A stretch of 64,000 nucleotides of DNA from Octopus vulgaris. Lineage: Eukaryota. The DNA is taken from positions 10,850,001 to 10,914,000 of the forward strand of contig OX597823.1 in assembly GCA_951406725.2 (NCBI GenBank). Direction: 5' to 3'. The notes under the pieces were generated by a model. That model had not been told where the DNA came from. It saw nothing but the letters and a program-made list of their open reading frames with translations, and searched no databases. This document shows, in pieces, positions 12,380 through 24,974 of this stretch. Every line of letters begins with the position of its first letter. Position 1 is the stretch's first letter. The position numbers were made by a program, and so were the translations under genes.

Positions 12380-13710
12380 GACACTGATGATTTTTATATT
12401 GTTTAGGATTGAACAAATGTGTCTGTTGTTTGCAGGATATAAATCTTTTATTGTTCTGTTCCTTTGACTCAAATTGTTTTGATGCATCATGACACATTCT
12501 ACACCATGCAGATCGATCTAGACAATAACATTCCAAAGATGTCACATTACGCTGTAGAGATTTTAGTGATTGTTTCAACTTATCCTTAAACCTAAGGACG
12601 GGTCTTCCTTTACCGACCGCAGCATTCCTCTACTTGTTGGCCATACAAAAGAATCTTCTTTCATTCAAACAAGATGTCGTTGCCATCTGCACTGAATTTC
12701 CAACAGCATGCTTTTGATGCTGGAGATATCACATTTCCCTAAGATTTTGACAATTGATATCTTATCTTGCTATATTAATGTTGCAGATACTGTGGAGACA
12801 TCTTTATATATAAAAGTGAAGTTGTGTGTCTGTCTCCTACGATTTAGATTCCTAACTACTCCCACATTTTGCGGTGCAGTTTAACCAAAACCGGGTATCT
12901 TATAGTCGTGATTCATATCGAGCCCTTCTGGGTATTAGCGCGCGTCTACGATGAGTCTACGATTTAAAAAAAAATTTACCATCATGTTTTCACATTTTTA
13001 ATGCATTTTTTCGCTATTATATAAGGGAAGTAACTCTCTAAAAATGTCTACGATGAGTCAACGATTTAAAAAAAAATTTACCATCATTTTTTTTCAATTT
13101 TTAATGCATTGTTTTTGCTATTTTTTGGCTATAACTCTCTGAAATTGCTTATATAGTTATTTCCCTTACAAACCCGAGCAACGCCGGGCGATACTGCTAG
13201 TCACATATAGAGGGTTTCAAGTTTTTTTTTAAATGTCTGTAGAAGTGAATCCATGCTTTTGCCCCATACAAAAATGTGCTCAAAAAACAAGAGATGAATA
13301 CGCTTATTCTAGTTTTCAGACTGACACCATGTTCATCCCACAAACGATGGGAAAGTTTTCTAAAAGCATTGGAGCTTTAGATATCGTAACATTGATTTCG
13401 TCAGTACTCTTAAAGTTTATTGTACATCCAAGATCTGGTCAATTTGAGTGGCTTTTTACCAGTCATCACATTTGTATCCCGAATACGTTCTAGACCAGGC
13501 TTTGGTTGGAATAAAACTACGGTCTTCTTGATGCTGACAGTCAGTCCAAATGCACGAACTACCGAAGCAAACCTGTCGACTGTTTCTTGAATTACCTCAA
13601 ACGTATGAGAAATCAAAGCGCAATCATCAGTAAGCAGAAAATCACGCAGAATCTCTTCTTTGGTCTTTTAGGTTTATAAGACCTTCGCCTGCGCGAAACT
13701 GGAATTTTAC
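12380..13710 (-). pseudogene. Decayed RTE-clade LINE, RT C-terminal half, split by a Helitron
   Basis: Remnants RDFLLTDDCAL, AFGLTVSIKKTVVLFQP, CLHSICNI..QDKI, GRPVLRFKDKLKQSLKSL, CLDRSAWCR. Confidence 0.75.
12801..13200 (+). mobile_element. Non-autonomous Helitron (same family), inserted in the RTE relic
   Basis: A|TC...hairpin...CTAG|T; the RTE sequence resumes on both sides. Confidence 0.9.
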
Positions 13711-13804
13711 ACCATTTTGTTAATCCCTTTTGGTAATCATGAACAAATGTAACTAGAATCACCATAGACACTCCAAATGTTAGGCCTCACTCCCATCGAG
13801 AATC

Positions 13805-14226
13805 TACTTTTTACTCTTTTACTCTTTTACTTGTTTCAGTCATTTGACTGCGGCCATGCTGGAGCACCGCCTTTAGTCGAGCAAATCGCCCCCTGGACTT
13901 ATTCTTTGTAAGCCCAGTACTTATTCTATCAGTCTCTTTTGCCGAACCGCTAAGTGACAGGGACGTAAACACACCACCATCGGTTGTCAAGCAATGCTAG
14001 GGGGACAAACACAGACACACAAACATATACACACACACACTTATATATATATATATATACATATATACGACAGGCTTCTTTCAGTTTCCGTCTACCAAAT
14101 CCACTCACAAGGCATTGGTCGGCCCGGGGCTATAGCAGAAGACACTTGCCCAAGATGCCACGCAGTGGGACTGAACCCGGAACCATGTGGTTGGTTAGCA
14201 AGCTACTTACCACACAGCCACTCCTA
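13805..14226 (-). mobile_element. SINE family B
   Basis: Homologous to 5492-5946 and 47897-48305. Confidence 0.85.
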
Positions 14227-14683
14227 CCCCGACGGAAGTATATCCTTCACTGGTTATGCATCTCAAAGACTAACTTTTCACTTCAGAGCCAGAAGATATT
14301 TCCTCTCCCTTCTATTTGTTAACACTGAACAAACTTCAGCTAAAGCCCTCAGTGGATGGTGTTGCTGCTGCACATACTGACAGCCGAGACCACATTCATG
14401 AAAATGCCACTCAAGTGATTAGCAATAAGGTTATCCACAGACACACTCTAGCCTATGGACTATAGACTAACCGTCTCTCCTTTTGCTGCTGCCACCAATA
14501 ATAGCCTGTTTCCTCAGAGATGACTGTCTTGCATCACCCTTAATCAGACACTCCTGACGAACTTAGCTCACCTCCTCTCACCCCTCATGTCTTGTCCAAT
14601 ATCCCGGAATTTCTTTAAACACTACTCTCACTAGAAGCACCATAGACACTCCAAATGTTAGGCCTCACTCCCAACGAGAATCT

Positions 14684-15061
14684 ACTCTTTACTCTTTTAC
14701 TCTTTAACTTGTTTCAGTCATTTGACTGCGGCCATGCTGGAGCACCGCCTTTAGTCGAGCAAATCGACCCCGGGACTTATTCTTTATAAGCCCAGTACTT
14801 ATTCTATCGGTATCTTTAGCTGAACCGCTAAGTGACAGGGACGTAAACACACCACCATCGGTTGTCAAGCAATGCTAGGGGGACAAACACAGACACACAA
14901 ACATATACACACACACTTATATATATATACATATATACGACAGGCTTCTTTCAGTTTCCGTCTACCAAATCCACTCACAAGGCATTGGTCGGCCCGGGGC
15001 TATAGCAGAAGACACTTGCCCAAGATGCCACGCAGTGGGACTGAACCCGGAACCATGTGGT
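14684..15061 (-). mobile_element. SINE family B, head-truncated, duplicated together with flank from 13752-14190
   Basis: Shares a 55-bp unique flank CTAGAA.CACCATAGACACTCC...GAGAATCTAC with the previous copy. Confidence 0.85.
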
Positions 15062-15472
15062 AAATGAGCCTATATTGATATTTACGGGTACTTACCGGTG
15101 TATCGATCTGCGTCACTTTACGTCAGAACGTATATGCCTGAACTCTAAATACAGATCGATGAAGAAAGCCTCAAACTTAAATCACTGGAGATGATAAAAC
15201 TGGCTAAGTTCCTTGAATGCATTACCCTAGTTCGGCTTTATTGACATTCCTGGACTACTAGAAAATTGAAAAATGCATAATATAATGTTGCCTTCTGGCA
15301 CTTAACACAGATCTCATCTTTCAAGGCGTTATAACTTGTTACAGGATGTTTACAGAATTTATTAATTTTCTCTTTTATTTCTGTTCGGTGAGTGGAAGGA
15401 TTGATTATATTTCACTTGAAATATTTGTTTTCAAAAGCAAATGGGCATCGACAGCTAGCAAGCCGTGCTACT

Positions 15473-15513
15473 CCAGACTGATGATGAGCAATGACTCCGA
15501 AACTAGTCTCTGG
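15473..15513 (+). ncRNA. Minimal type I hammerhead ribozyme-like motif
   Basis: CCAGA-CTGATGA-tGAG(caatga)CTCc-GAAA-CTAG-TC-TCTGG: helix I CCAGA/TCTGG, intact core, palindromic helix III ACTAGT, GUC cleavage triplet. Confidence 0.75.
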
Positions 15514-15540
15514 TTGCTGGCTTTGCTGGGTGGAGGTGAT

Positions 15541-15868
15541 TGTCTTCTGCTATAGCCCCGGGCCGACCAATGCCTTGTGAGTGGATTTGGTAGACGGAAA
15601 CTGAAAGAAGCCTGTCGTATATATGTATATATATATAAGTGTGTGTGTATATGTTTGTGTGTCTCTGTTTGTCCCCCCAACATCGCTTGACAACCGATGG
15701 CGGTGTGTTTACGTCCCCGTAACTTAGCGTTTCGGCAAAAGAGTCCGATAGAATAAGTACTAGGCATCCAAAGAATAAGTCCTGGTGTCGATTTGCTTGA
15801 CTAAAGGCGGTGCTCCAGCATGGCCACAGTCAAATGACTGAAACAAGTAAAAGAGTAAAAGAGTAAAG
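15541..15868 (+). mobile_element. SINE family B, 5'-truncated
   Basis: Homology to other B copies; ends GTAAAAGAGTAAAAGAGTAAA. Confidence 0.8.
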
Positions 15869-15964
15869 GAGTTATCTGTTGAACCACGGTGTCCTTGTTT
15901 GTACTCTCTGTGTTTAGCCCCTTGTGGGTAGTAAAGAAATAGGCAACGGTTTTACTCTCTTTCT

Positions 15965-16430
15965 TATATATAATGAAATTATTGTATACAGTGCTCAGGT
16001 GCACCACAACTTGTCAGAAAGTGCATATAAAGTACATGCAGTAATGTAAAAATGTCTGGAAAGTGAACAATGTATGAGTCAGTTACATGCTTGTGTGTGT
16101 AAGGAGGGGAGAAAATCAGGTGTAGTGTTGGCGAATCTCAGGAAGCATGGAAGTTTTGAAGGATGCAGTGCTCCGACAACTAACAACTGATGTCGGCAGT
16201 TTGTTCCATGCTTCAGCAACTCCCAGCGTGAAAAAATGTTTCCTGAAGTCATGGGAGCTGTGCTGTTTTCTGACTTTGTAAATATGTCCACGGGTGTTAG
16301 ATGGGTGGAGTTTGAAAAGGTGCTTAGAGTTATTGTTTGTACGATGGTTGATAATTTTATGGGTGTCTGCCAAGTCAGCTGCCAGACGTCGGAGTTTCAA
16401 TGTGTCCATGCCCAACACCTTACGCAAAAT
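15965..16430 (-). pseudogene. CR1-clade LINE 3' end fragment
   Basis: ORF 16116-16427: TLKLRRLAADL..HKII..NTRGH..RKHFFT..V..AWNKLPTSVV...SFK, the typical CR1 ORF2 C-terminus, followed by a short 3' UTR. Confidence 0.8.
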
Positions 16431-16730
16431 TATGGTTTACTGCATATTTCCACGCTCAGCTTAAAATCGCCAACCAAGGAGTTCCAACATGATCAACCGG
16501 CTTACTAGAAATACCAGCCGTTTCTCATTCATATTATATCATACCCTGCTTTCTTAAAGCAGAAAAATAACGCATTACATAAAGTGGGCCTTCATAGACA
16601 ACCCTAAAAGGATTAGATTGTCACGATTGGAATGTTTTGGTTGTGCAGATCCGGGACTGAATAACTAAACTAAAGCTCGAAAATGTCTCTGGCCCCTTGT
16701 ATCTATGTCCCACTACTCTCCCTTTACTAT

Positions 16731-17119
16731 GTGGAAGCACTCCGTCGGTTACAACGACGAAGGTTCCGGTTGATCCGAATCAACGGAACAGTCTGCTCGT
16801 GAAATTAACATATAAGTGGCTGAGCACTCCACAGACACGTGCACCCTTAACGTAGTTCTCGGGGATATTCAGCGTGACACAGAGAGTGACAAGGCCGGCC
16901 CTTTGAAATACAGGCACAACAGAAACAGGAAGTAAGAGTGAGAGAAAGTTGTGGTGAAAGAGTACAGCAGGGTTCACCACCATCCCCTGCCGGAGCCTTG
17001 TGGAGCTTTTTTATGTGTTTTCGCTCAATAAACACTCACAACGCCCGGTCTGGGAATCGAAACCGCGATCCTACGACCGCGAGTCCGCTGCCCTAAGCAC
17101 TGGGCCATTGCGCCTCCAC
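16731..17119 (-). mobile_element. tRNA-headed SINE group C, full length
   Basis: Minus strand GTGGAGGCGCAATGGCCCAGTGCTTAGGGCAGCGGAC...GGTTTCGATTCCC; 11-bp TSD CCCTTTA(C/T)TAT at 16720-16730 and 17120-17130. Confidence 0.85.
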
Positions 17120-18330
17120 CCCTTTATTATACACGTATGTCTAACTGCTATAGACCAGTGTTTAAAACGCAAATAAACGGTAAGTTGGAATCATTTCAGA
17201 GGGTAATGTATTTCAACTATATTTACACGGCTCAACAGTAAACAACAACATATGCTCGAAGGTGAGACGGTTCCTATGTATTTTAGCAACAGTTTTAAAT
17301 CAGTGATTTAAAACAATTCGTGCATTTTAAACACGGCGAGTCACGACTTTGTTTGACATCGATAGGTTAAAAGAAAATATCGATAAAACTTTACTTTGAA
17401 CAGCAGAGCGGAGAAATGAACTTAACAGAGGTTAAGGTCATCTGTTGTTTTATGTAGTTGTAATATTTATATATTTACTTCTTTATACATTTATTCAATT
17501 TTACAGGAAATGGTTAACAAAAGTCTATATCTGGATAGCAGAGATTTTTATCTTTCAATTACTTTGTAAACAAATTATTCGTGTTCTTTGTTCATTAATA
17601 CTGTTATATATATTTTTCCTTGCTAACGATCTAATATTTAATTACAAGAATATTTGTTTTCTAAATAATAAAAATAATTTAATTACTCGACTGAGATTTC
17701 TCGGTCATGCTTTTTGAATTTCTTAATTTCATTTTTATTTTTTCGGAATAATTAAATATATTTTCCATATCGAAGCATAAAAGGAAAAACAAGCGAAAAG
17801 CGATAGAGAGTGAGAGGGGTGGAGAAAACAGAGCGGTAAATGAAGATGGGGGTGGGGGTGGATTTCAGTGAACCCACGAGGAAATCTCTACATGGGGACT
17901 TGATCAGCCAAATCCGCATAAAATTGCACACTACAATCTTAAGATAAAAGAACGGGGCATTGAATAAATTCGTCCTAATTGAATAAAACGGGGTGGCCGT
18001 GGCTGATATGCATTTGGTCATAGGCGGCGATTCGATCAGGGCTGACTTATACTAAGCAACAAGGACGTATGTGCACCTGCTCACACCAATTAAGACATCA
18101 TTGTGTATGACTAAACAAGTATACAGACATAAGAGGAACAAACTGTTGACCTAATCAAAAGTGTTCGAGTTTACTCGGAAGGAGAGTTTACATGCCATTA
18201 ACAGTTCTATCTGAGGAGTTTTACTGTGTTCATAGCAACGATACATAACTTTGGCACGTGGGAGTGCACACCCAGTCTGAGGTTTGAAACCGGTTCCTGG
18301 TCACTGTATGCATTCTCTGATTTAAAAAAA

Positions 18331-18923
18331 TTTTTTTACTTACTTCAGTCATTTGACTGCGGCCATGCTGCAGCATCGCCTTAAAGGGTCTTTAAGCCGA
18401 AGGAATCAACCCCAGGACTTATTCTTTCTAAGTCTAGTACTTATTCTATCGTTCTCCTGTCGAACCGCTAGTTTACAGGGACGCAAACACACCAACAACG
18501 GTTGTCAAGCGATGGTAGGGGCCAAGCACAGACACAAGTAAACACACATGAATATATATATATATATATATATATAAATTTGTGTGGAAAAAAGTCATTC
18601 TTTCCTAGGGATATTTATCCAAGAGCACACGGGTTTAGCTCCATACTAATTAACGAAACTGGAAATTCCACATATGCGTGTGTACTAGTGTTTATCGTTG
18701 GTTCTTCTTCGATATTAGTACCTTACACTTTTGAAATTCCACTTGTCGCTATAGATGTTTCCATACGACGAGCTTCTTTCAGTTTCCGTCTACCAAATCC
18801 ACTCACAAAGCTTTGGTCGGTCCGTGGCTATAGTAGAAGACACTTGCTCAAAGTGCCACGCACTGAGACTGAACTCGGAACCATGTAGTTGAGAAGCAAG
18901 CTTCTTACCACACAGCCACGCCT
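18331..18923 (-). mobile_element. SINE family B with ~190-bp unidentified insert in its internal (TA)n
   Basis: Tail half 18331-18550 and head half 18763-18923 flank non-B sequence 18576-18762. Confidence 0.75.
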
Positions 18924-21118
18924 TCACATTGTTACAAACTGTCAAACCAAGACCTGGGGCCCTCTCTGCCAGCGTTTTATCTAGAGACACTGATCTTTAG
19001 ATGTTCAGCCTTAATATTTATCGCATGTATCAATATTATCAAGGCACATGAAAAGGTCATGGGCGGGCATACTTTGTCCTTCCTTTTGTGAACAAGACAT
19101 CTGTCCATTTAGGACTTCTAGTATAGTCTTCTTTTATTGCGATCATTCAGACAAGATCCCGAGTTTTCAGAATAAGCCATTATGAGGCCCGCAATATAAC
19201 CACAAGATGCTGCCCTTTCTCCATTGAGTAAATCATAAATATTTCTTCATATAGGCACAGGGCCAGAAAATTGGGGAAGATATTTTATCGATTACATCAG
19301 CCTCATTACATGACTGGTAACAACTTATTTTATCAACCTCAAAACGACGAACGATCATGTTGACCTCGGTGGAATCGGAATACAAAAGGTAACGAAAGCT
19401 GCCGAGCAAAGCTATTTCTTTGATGCTGTAATGACTCCACCAATTTGTTGCCCTTAATTTTTGTGGTGTAGGTTCTTTCTCAAATGTCTGGCCTTGATTT
19501 TGTTTGACGTTAGCAAGATAATAGGGGAAGTTGAAAACTGAACGCAAAGCCGAATCAATTGCCGCAAATAATATTTTTTGAGGCTCTAACAATACTGAAA
19601 ACGCACTGCCTTTATAAAACATCGATAATAATAAATATATGAAAAGGATATCTAAGGAATAAAAAATTATCATAATGTTGTAAAATAATTCACTTTTGCG
19701 TTTAATTTACGAGTGTTATACACAGATCAATTCGTGGCCTGGTAGACTGAGAACAAAGTGTCAGTTCGGTGTCTTTCTTAAAATAGAGATGTTCTCCTTT
19801 CAAGCCATATCCCAAAGAATTCATAGTTTGACATTCAAGAAGAATGTAATAATATTACATCATTGTTGGCCCGAGCATCCTTGCGCGGTTAAAACGTTTC
19901 CATTGCAAGCACATGGATTTGGCTTCGATTCCACTACGCGGCACCTTGCCCAAGTGTTTTCTATCGTAGCCGCGTTTACACCAAAGAATAATGTCGAACA
20001 CATTCGGTTGACAACAACTGTGTAAAAGCCAACCGGAGATGACCTCCTTGTTTTGGATGTTAGACCTCAACTGTGACCCGATTTAATAATATCGCTTGGT
20101 CATTGACGACTTTAGCGAACTCTACTCTGCTGCAAGCATTTGGGCTAAATTTGCTTCGGCAACAATCAATCCATAATAAAATCCGTTAAGTTCACTCGCC
20201 GTGTGAAATGAAGAATCTACCGTTTCGTCCTCTTGCATTGTTTGAAGACAGAAAAATAGATGGAGTTCATAGTCGTTTTAGTTACAAATATAATTTTTTA
20301 AAATGGCTTTGCAAGGCAGTTGCAGTGTCATATATTAACTGTGCGACGTGTTATCTATATGAGGTATTAAATATGAAGCGTAGTCATTAAGGGAGTTGTC
20401 TAACGGTTATGCTGTTTGTTTCACTATCATAATATCGTGAGTAAAATGCCTGGACTAGGCTGTACGTTGTGTCCTTGAGCAAGTGTCTTCAATTCGTTTC
20501 ACGTTGCTGCAGTCTAATCATATGAAAGTGAGTACCAGCCAAGTTTTGCTGCAGCATTTTCCCTCCAGCCTCTGGGCAAGCAGTGAGAAAGTCGACAGAG
20601 TATTTATGTCTACTCTCGAGTACATGCCGAAGACAATTTTCAAAACTGTGGTGGTTCCTGTTACCAAACCACTCTCGTTATCAAGTGACAGGGAGTGTCT
20701 CTAAATAAACAACAGTTGTATGACATAATACTAATGCGTTTTACTAGTTTTCAGATGCTTCAGATATATTTCATATCACGTGTTTGCATTCTCACTTCTT
20801 AACTCTGTGTCAAATGAAGATGTGTGCAGTAATTGACGCCATGAAGTTTCACAATCCCATTTCTTTCATTTATGAATTTCATATTTAAGTCTTGCTGGTG
20901 AAAGATAAGGGGATAGGTTGTAACTCTTGTCCCAGACTAAAAGTATAGGAAATATTTCGGAGGAAATTCTCAGTTCAACTGTTTACAATAGTTAAGCCTT
21001 ATGCTCCATGAATGTTAGCTATCGGTCTGTTGCTGGTAACTTTGTCTGGTAAAGCGATATTTTATGTCCCAACATTTTCCCCCATCCCCCAAGTACATAA
21101 TTACGCAGACAGGCAGGC

Positions 21119-21155
21119 ACACACACACACACGCACACACATACACATGTATATA

Positions 21156-21186
<31 letters not shown>

Positions 21187-21430
21187 AATACATACATACA
21201 TACATATAAACATATATATGTATATATATATATATATACATATAAGTATGTATATATGTATATATATACATACAAATATGTATATATATATATATGTATA
21301 TATATATGTATATATATGTATATATATATATGTATATATATATATGTATATATATATGTATATATATATATATGTATATATATACATATAAGTATGTATA
21401 TATGTATATATACATATATACATATAAGCA
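21119..21430. repeat. (CA)n/(TA)n/(TATATG)n microsatellite
   Basis: Direct reading. Confidence 0.95.
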
Positions 21431-21693
21431 CATATATGGATTAATATATTCTTTCAATCTCTTACTTTTGTACTCATTTCAGTCATTTGACTTCGACCAT
21501 GCTGGAGCACAGCTTTAAAAGGCTTCTGTTTTAGTCGAAGAAATTGACTTATTCTTTTTATGACTAGTACTTATTCTATGGATGCCTTATGCTGAATTGC
21601 TAGAATATATGGGAGCCTGAACACGCCAGCATCTGTTGTAAAGCGATGGTGCGGAAACAAAGATAGACATAAAGTCACACACATATAAATATA

Positions 21694-21926
21694 TATTTCT
21701 TTACTACCCACAAGGGGCTAAACACAGAGGGGACAAACAAGGACAGACAAACGGATTAAGTCGACTATATCGACCCCAGTGCGAAACTGGTACTTTATTT
21801 CTCGACCCCGAAAGGATGAAAGGCAAAGTCGACCTCGGCGGAATTTGAACCCAGAACGTAACGGCAGACGAAATACGGCTACGCATTTTGCTCAGCGTGC
21901 TAACGTTTCTGCCAGCTCGCCGCCTT
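21694..21926 (-). mobile_element. SINE family A
   Basis: Homologous to 474-706. Confidence 0.85.
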
Positions 21927-21991
21927 TATATATAAACATATACCTATACACACACACATATATATGTGTGTGTGTTTGTGTGAGTGTTATA

Positions 21992-22180
21992 GTTGTCGAT
22001 TTACTTTTCTTCCTCCGTCTTCCCTTCCTTGGACCTTTCCTTTTTCTATGTTTCTGACGAAGAGCTCCGCTCGAAACGTTAAATCCTCCTTCTTTCTTTC
22101 CTTTCCTGAGCGTCCAATAACTATACTTGTTCTACGTCCTCGCGTTGTTGTGTTTTCTCTTTGTTCTTGTTCGCATTAAC
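21992..22180 (+). mobile_element. ~190-bp hammerhead-bearing short element (solo PLE pseudo-LTR/retrozyme-like)
   Basis: Contains TTT-CTGACGA-a-GAGC(tcc)GCTC-GAAA-CG-TT-AAA at 22051-22083; homologous to 22854-23043 and 28955-29165; sits between microsatellites. Confidence 0.7.
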
Positions 22181-22409
22181 CATATATGTGTTTGGGAAGG
22201 AAGCTACTTACCATACAACGACGGCTGTCTTTTATATTTGTATATACTTACAAGTGTGGCTGTATGGTAAAAAGCTTGATTCCCAAGCACATGTTCCTGG
22301 GTTCAATTCCACTGCGCGGCTCCTTGGGCAAGTGTTTTCTATTACAACTTCGAGCCGACCAAAATGCCTGTAAGTGGATTTGCTAGACGGAACCTGAAAG
22401 ACACCCGTC

Positions 22410-22454
<45 letters not shown>

Positions 22455-22455
<1 letters not shown>

Positions 22456-22850
22456 CTCTTTTATTCTCTTTTACTTGTTTCAGTCATTTGACTGCGGCCA
22501 TGCTGGAGCACCGCCTTTAATCGAGCAATTCGACCCCGGGACTTATTCTTTGTAAGCCCAGTACTTATTCTATCGGTCTTTTTGCCGAACCGCTAAGTGA
22601 CGGGGACGTAAACACACCAGCATCGGTTGTCAAGCGATGCTAGGGGGACAAACACAGACACACAAACACACACATATATATATATATACATATATACGAC
22701 AGGCGTCTTTCAGTTTCCGTCTACCAAATCCACTCACAAGGCATTGGTCGGCCCGGGGCTATAGCAGAAGACACTTGCCCAAGATGCCACGCAGTGGGAC
22801 TGAAACCGGAACGATGTGGTTGGTTAGCAAGCTACTTACCACACAGCCAC
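22455..22850 (-). mobile_element. SINE family B
   Basis: Homology to other B copies. Confidence 0.85.
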
Positions 22851-22853
22851 ATA

Positions 22854-23043
22854 GTTAATGCAAACAAGAACAAAGAGAAAACACAACAACGCGGGGACGT
22901 AGAACAAGTATAGAGTTATTGGACGTTCAGGAAAGGAAAGAAAGAAGGAGGATTTAACGTTTCGAGCGGAGCTCTTCGTCAGAAACATAGGAAAAAGGAA
23001 AGATCCAAGGAAGGGAAGACAGAGAAAGAAAATCGCCAACGAT
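22854..23043 (-). mobile_element. ~190-bp hammerhead-bearing short element
   Basis: Reverse-complement homologue of 21992-22180; motif at 22952-22986. Confidence 0.7.
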
Positions 23044-23075
<32 letters not shown>

Positions 23076-23359
23076 ATGCGTGTGTGTGTATATGTATATA
23101 TCTCCGTATGTATATATCTATGAGTGTGTGTCTGTGTGTCTGCATTTGTCACCGCTTAACAACTGGTGCCGGTGTGTTTACTTCCCCGTAACTTAGCGGT
23201 CCCTGCAAAAGAGACCGATAGAATAAGTACTAGGCTTTTACAAAATAAGTTCTGGGGTTGATTTGTTTGACTAAAATCGTTCAAGGTGGTGCTGCAGCAT
23301 GGCCGCTGTCAAATTACTGAAACAAATAAAATACAAGAATATACGCACCCGCGTAAGTT

Positions 23360-23396
<37 letters not shown>

Positions 23397-24049
23397 GTAT
23401 ATATATATATATATATTATATATGTATGGATATATCCATATATATATATATATATGTATGTATATATACATATATGACTATGTATGTGTGTATAGATAGG
23501 CGTCTGTATGTATATTCAAAAACAAGGACAGTGATTGTGTGTCTATAAACTTTTGTATAAGAGAGTGCATATATGTATTTGTGTTTGTGTGTGTGTGTAT
23601 GTTTGTGTGTGTGTGTGTGTGTGCGTGTGTGTGTGCGTGTATGTGTGTGTGTAGTTAACGCAAGATTATGATGAATGTTAATGTGGTCCCATGTATCACA
23701 TTTTATGTTCCATAATATATTCTTGCATAGACCAGTCGTATCATTTCCTTCAGTAAGTTAGACTAGATGTAGCAAATACCGCCATTCTAGAATACAGCAT
23801 TCTGAAAAACAAGTTCATGTGAGGTTGTGTAAACATTGATACCACCATGGTTTTATGGCAATTAATGTTCTACACACCATAAAACATAAAACGCTTGGAA
23901 GAAAATATGAAAATGTAATATGTAAAGTAAATATGAACTAAGAGATATAGTCGTATACCAAAGTATTTTGTTATATCTAACAATTATATTTTTCCAATGA
24001 ATGCTACGCAGAATAAATGCACATACATACTCATAAATATATATACGCA

Positions 24050-24199
24050 TAGGTGCAAGTGTGTGGCTTGCTTAGCAAGCACATGGCTCCAGGTTCAATC
24101 CCACTGCGTGGCACCTTGGGCAAGTGTCTTCTACTATAGCTTCGGACCGACCAAAACCTTGTGAGTAGATTTGGTAGGCGGAAACTGAAAGAAGACCTC

Positions 24200-24202
<3 letters not shown>
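24050..24202 (+). mobile_element. SINE family B head half
   Basis: GGTTCAATCCCACTGCGTGGCACCTTGGGCAAGTGTCTT...GAAACTGAAAGAAG. Confidence 0.75.
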
Positions 24203-24238
<36 letters not shown>

Positions 24239-24286
24239 TGAGTGTATTGTGCATGTGTGTGTATATCTATTAGCGTGCATATATGG

Positions 24287-24325
<39 letters not shown>

Positions 24326-24470
24326 CAGTATTCTCTCAGTTATCGCGGTTGTCACGTTCCAACCCCACCTCCGCGAAGGTGAAAATCAGCGAAGGTGAAA
24401 ATCAGCGAAGGGGAAAATCAGCGAAGGTGAAAATCAGCGAAGGTGAAAGTCCGCGAAGCAGAAACAATAT
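24326..24470 (+). mobile_element. Tigger/pogo-like terminal fragment with a 16-bp tandem repeat
   Basis: TA|CAGTATTCTCTCAGTTATCGCGG end, followed by 5.4 copies of GCGAAGGTGAAAATCA (24373-24458). Confidence 0.5.
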
Positions 24471-24721
24471 TCTTTCATTCTTGTATTCGTTTCAGTCATT
24501 TTGCCTGCGGCCATTCTGGAGCAACGCCTTTAATCGAGTAAATCAATCCCAGGATTTATTCTTTGTAAACCTTGTACTTATTCTATTCGTCTCTTTTGCA
24601 GGGGATGTAAACACACCAGCATCAAGCGATGATGGTTGGGATTAACCCCACCACACACACACACACACAAACATACATAAATAATACATACATACATGCA
24701 TTTATATATACATATATACAC

Positions 24722-24756
<35 letters not shown>

Positions 24757-24974
24757 CATACATATATATATACATATATATATATACACATATATATATA
24801 TATATATATACGACGCGCTTCTTTCAGTTTCCGTCAACCAAATCCATTCACAATTTCTGGTCGGCCCGAGGCTATAGTGGAAGACACTTGCGCAAGGTGC
24901 CACGCAGTGGGACTGAACCCGGAACCATGTGGTTGGTAAGCAAGATACTTACCACACACCCTCTCCTGCGCCTC
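24471..24974 (-). mobile_element. SINE family B with expanded internal (TA)n
   Basis: Homology to other B copies. Confidence 0.8.

Larger units (their letters stand above)
22254..23340 (+). mobile_element. Old SINE family B split by nested insertions in its internal microsatellite
   Basis: Head half 22254-22410 and tail half ~23120-23340 are on the same strand; between them lie a younger B copy and a hammerhead element. Confidence 0.55.

Noticed and set aside
13984-14380. Recurring ORF 'RQASFSFRLPNPLTRHWSARGYSRRHLPK' at many loci
   Set aside because: Antisense translation of SINE B, not a gene family.
17040-17119. tRNA-like sequences at SINE heads
   Set aside because: No complete cloverleaf; they continue into SINE bodies with TSDs.
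24373-24458. Short regular repeats resembling a CRISPR array
   Set aside because: Head-to-tail 16-mers with no spacers, no cas genes, eukaryotic context.
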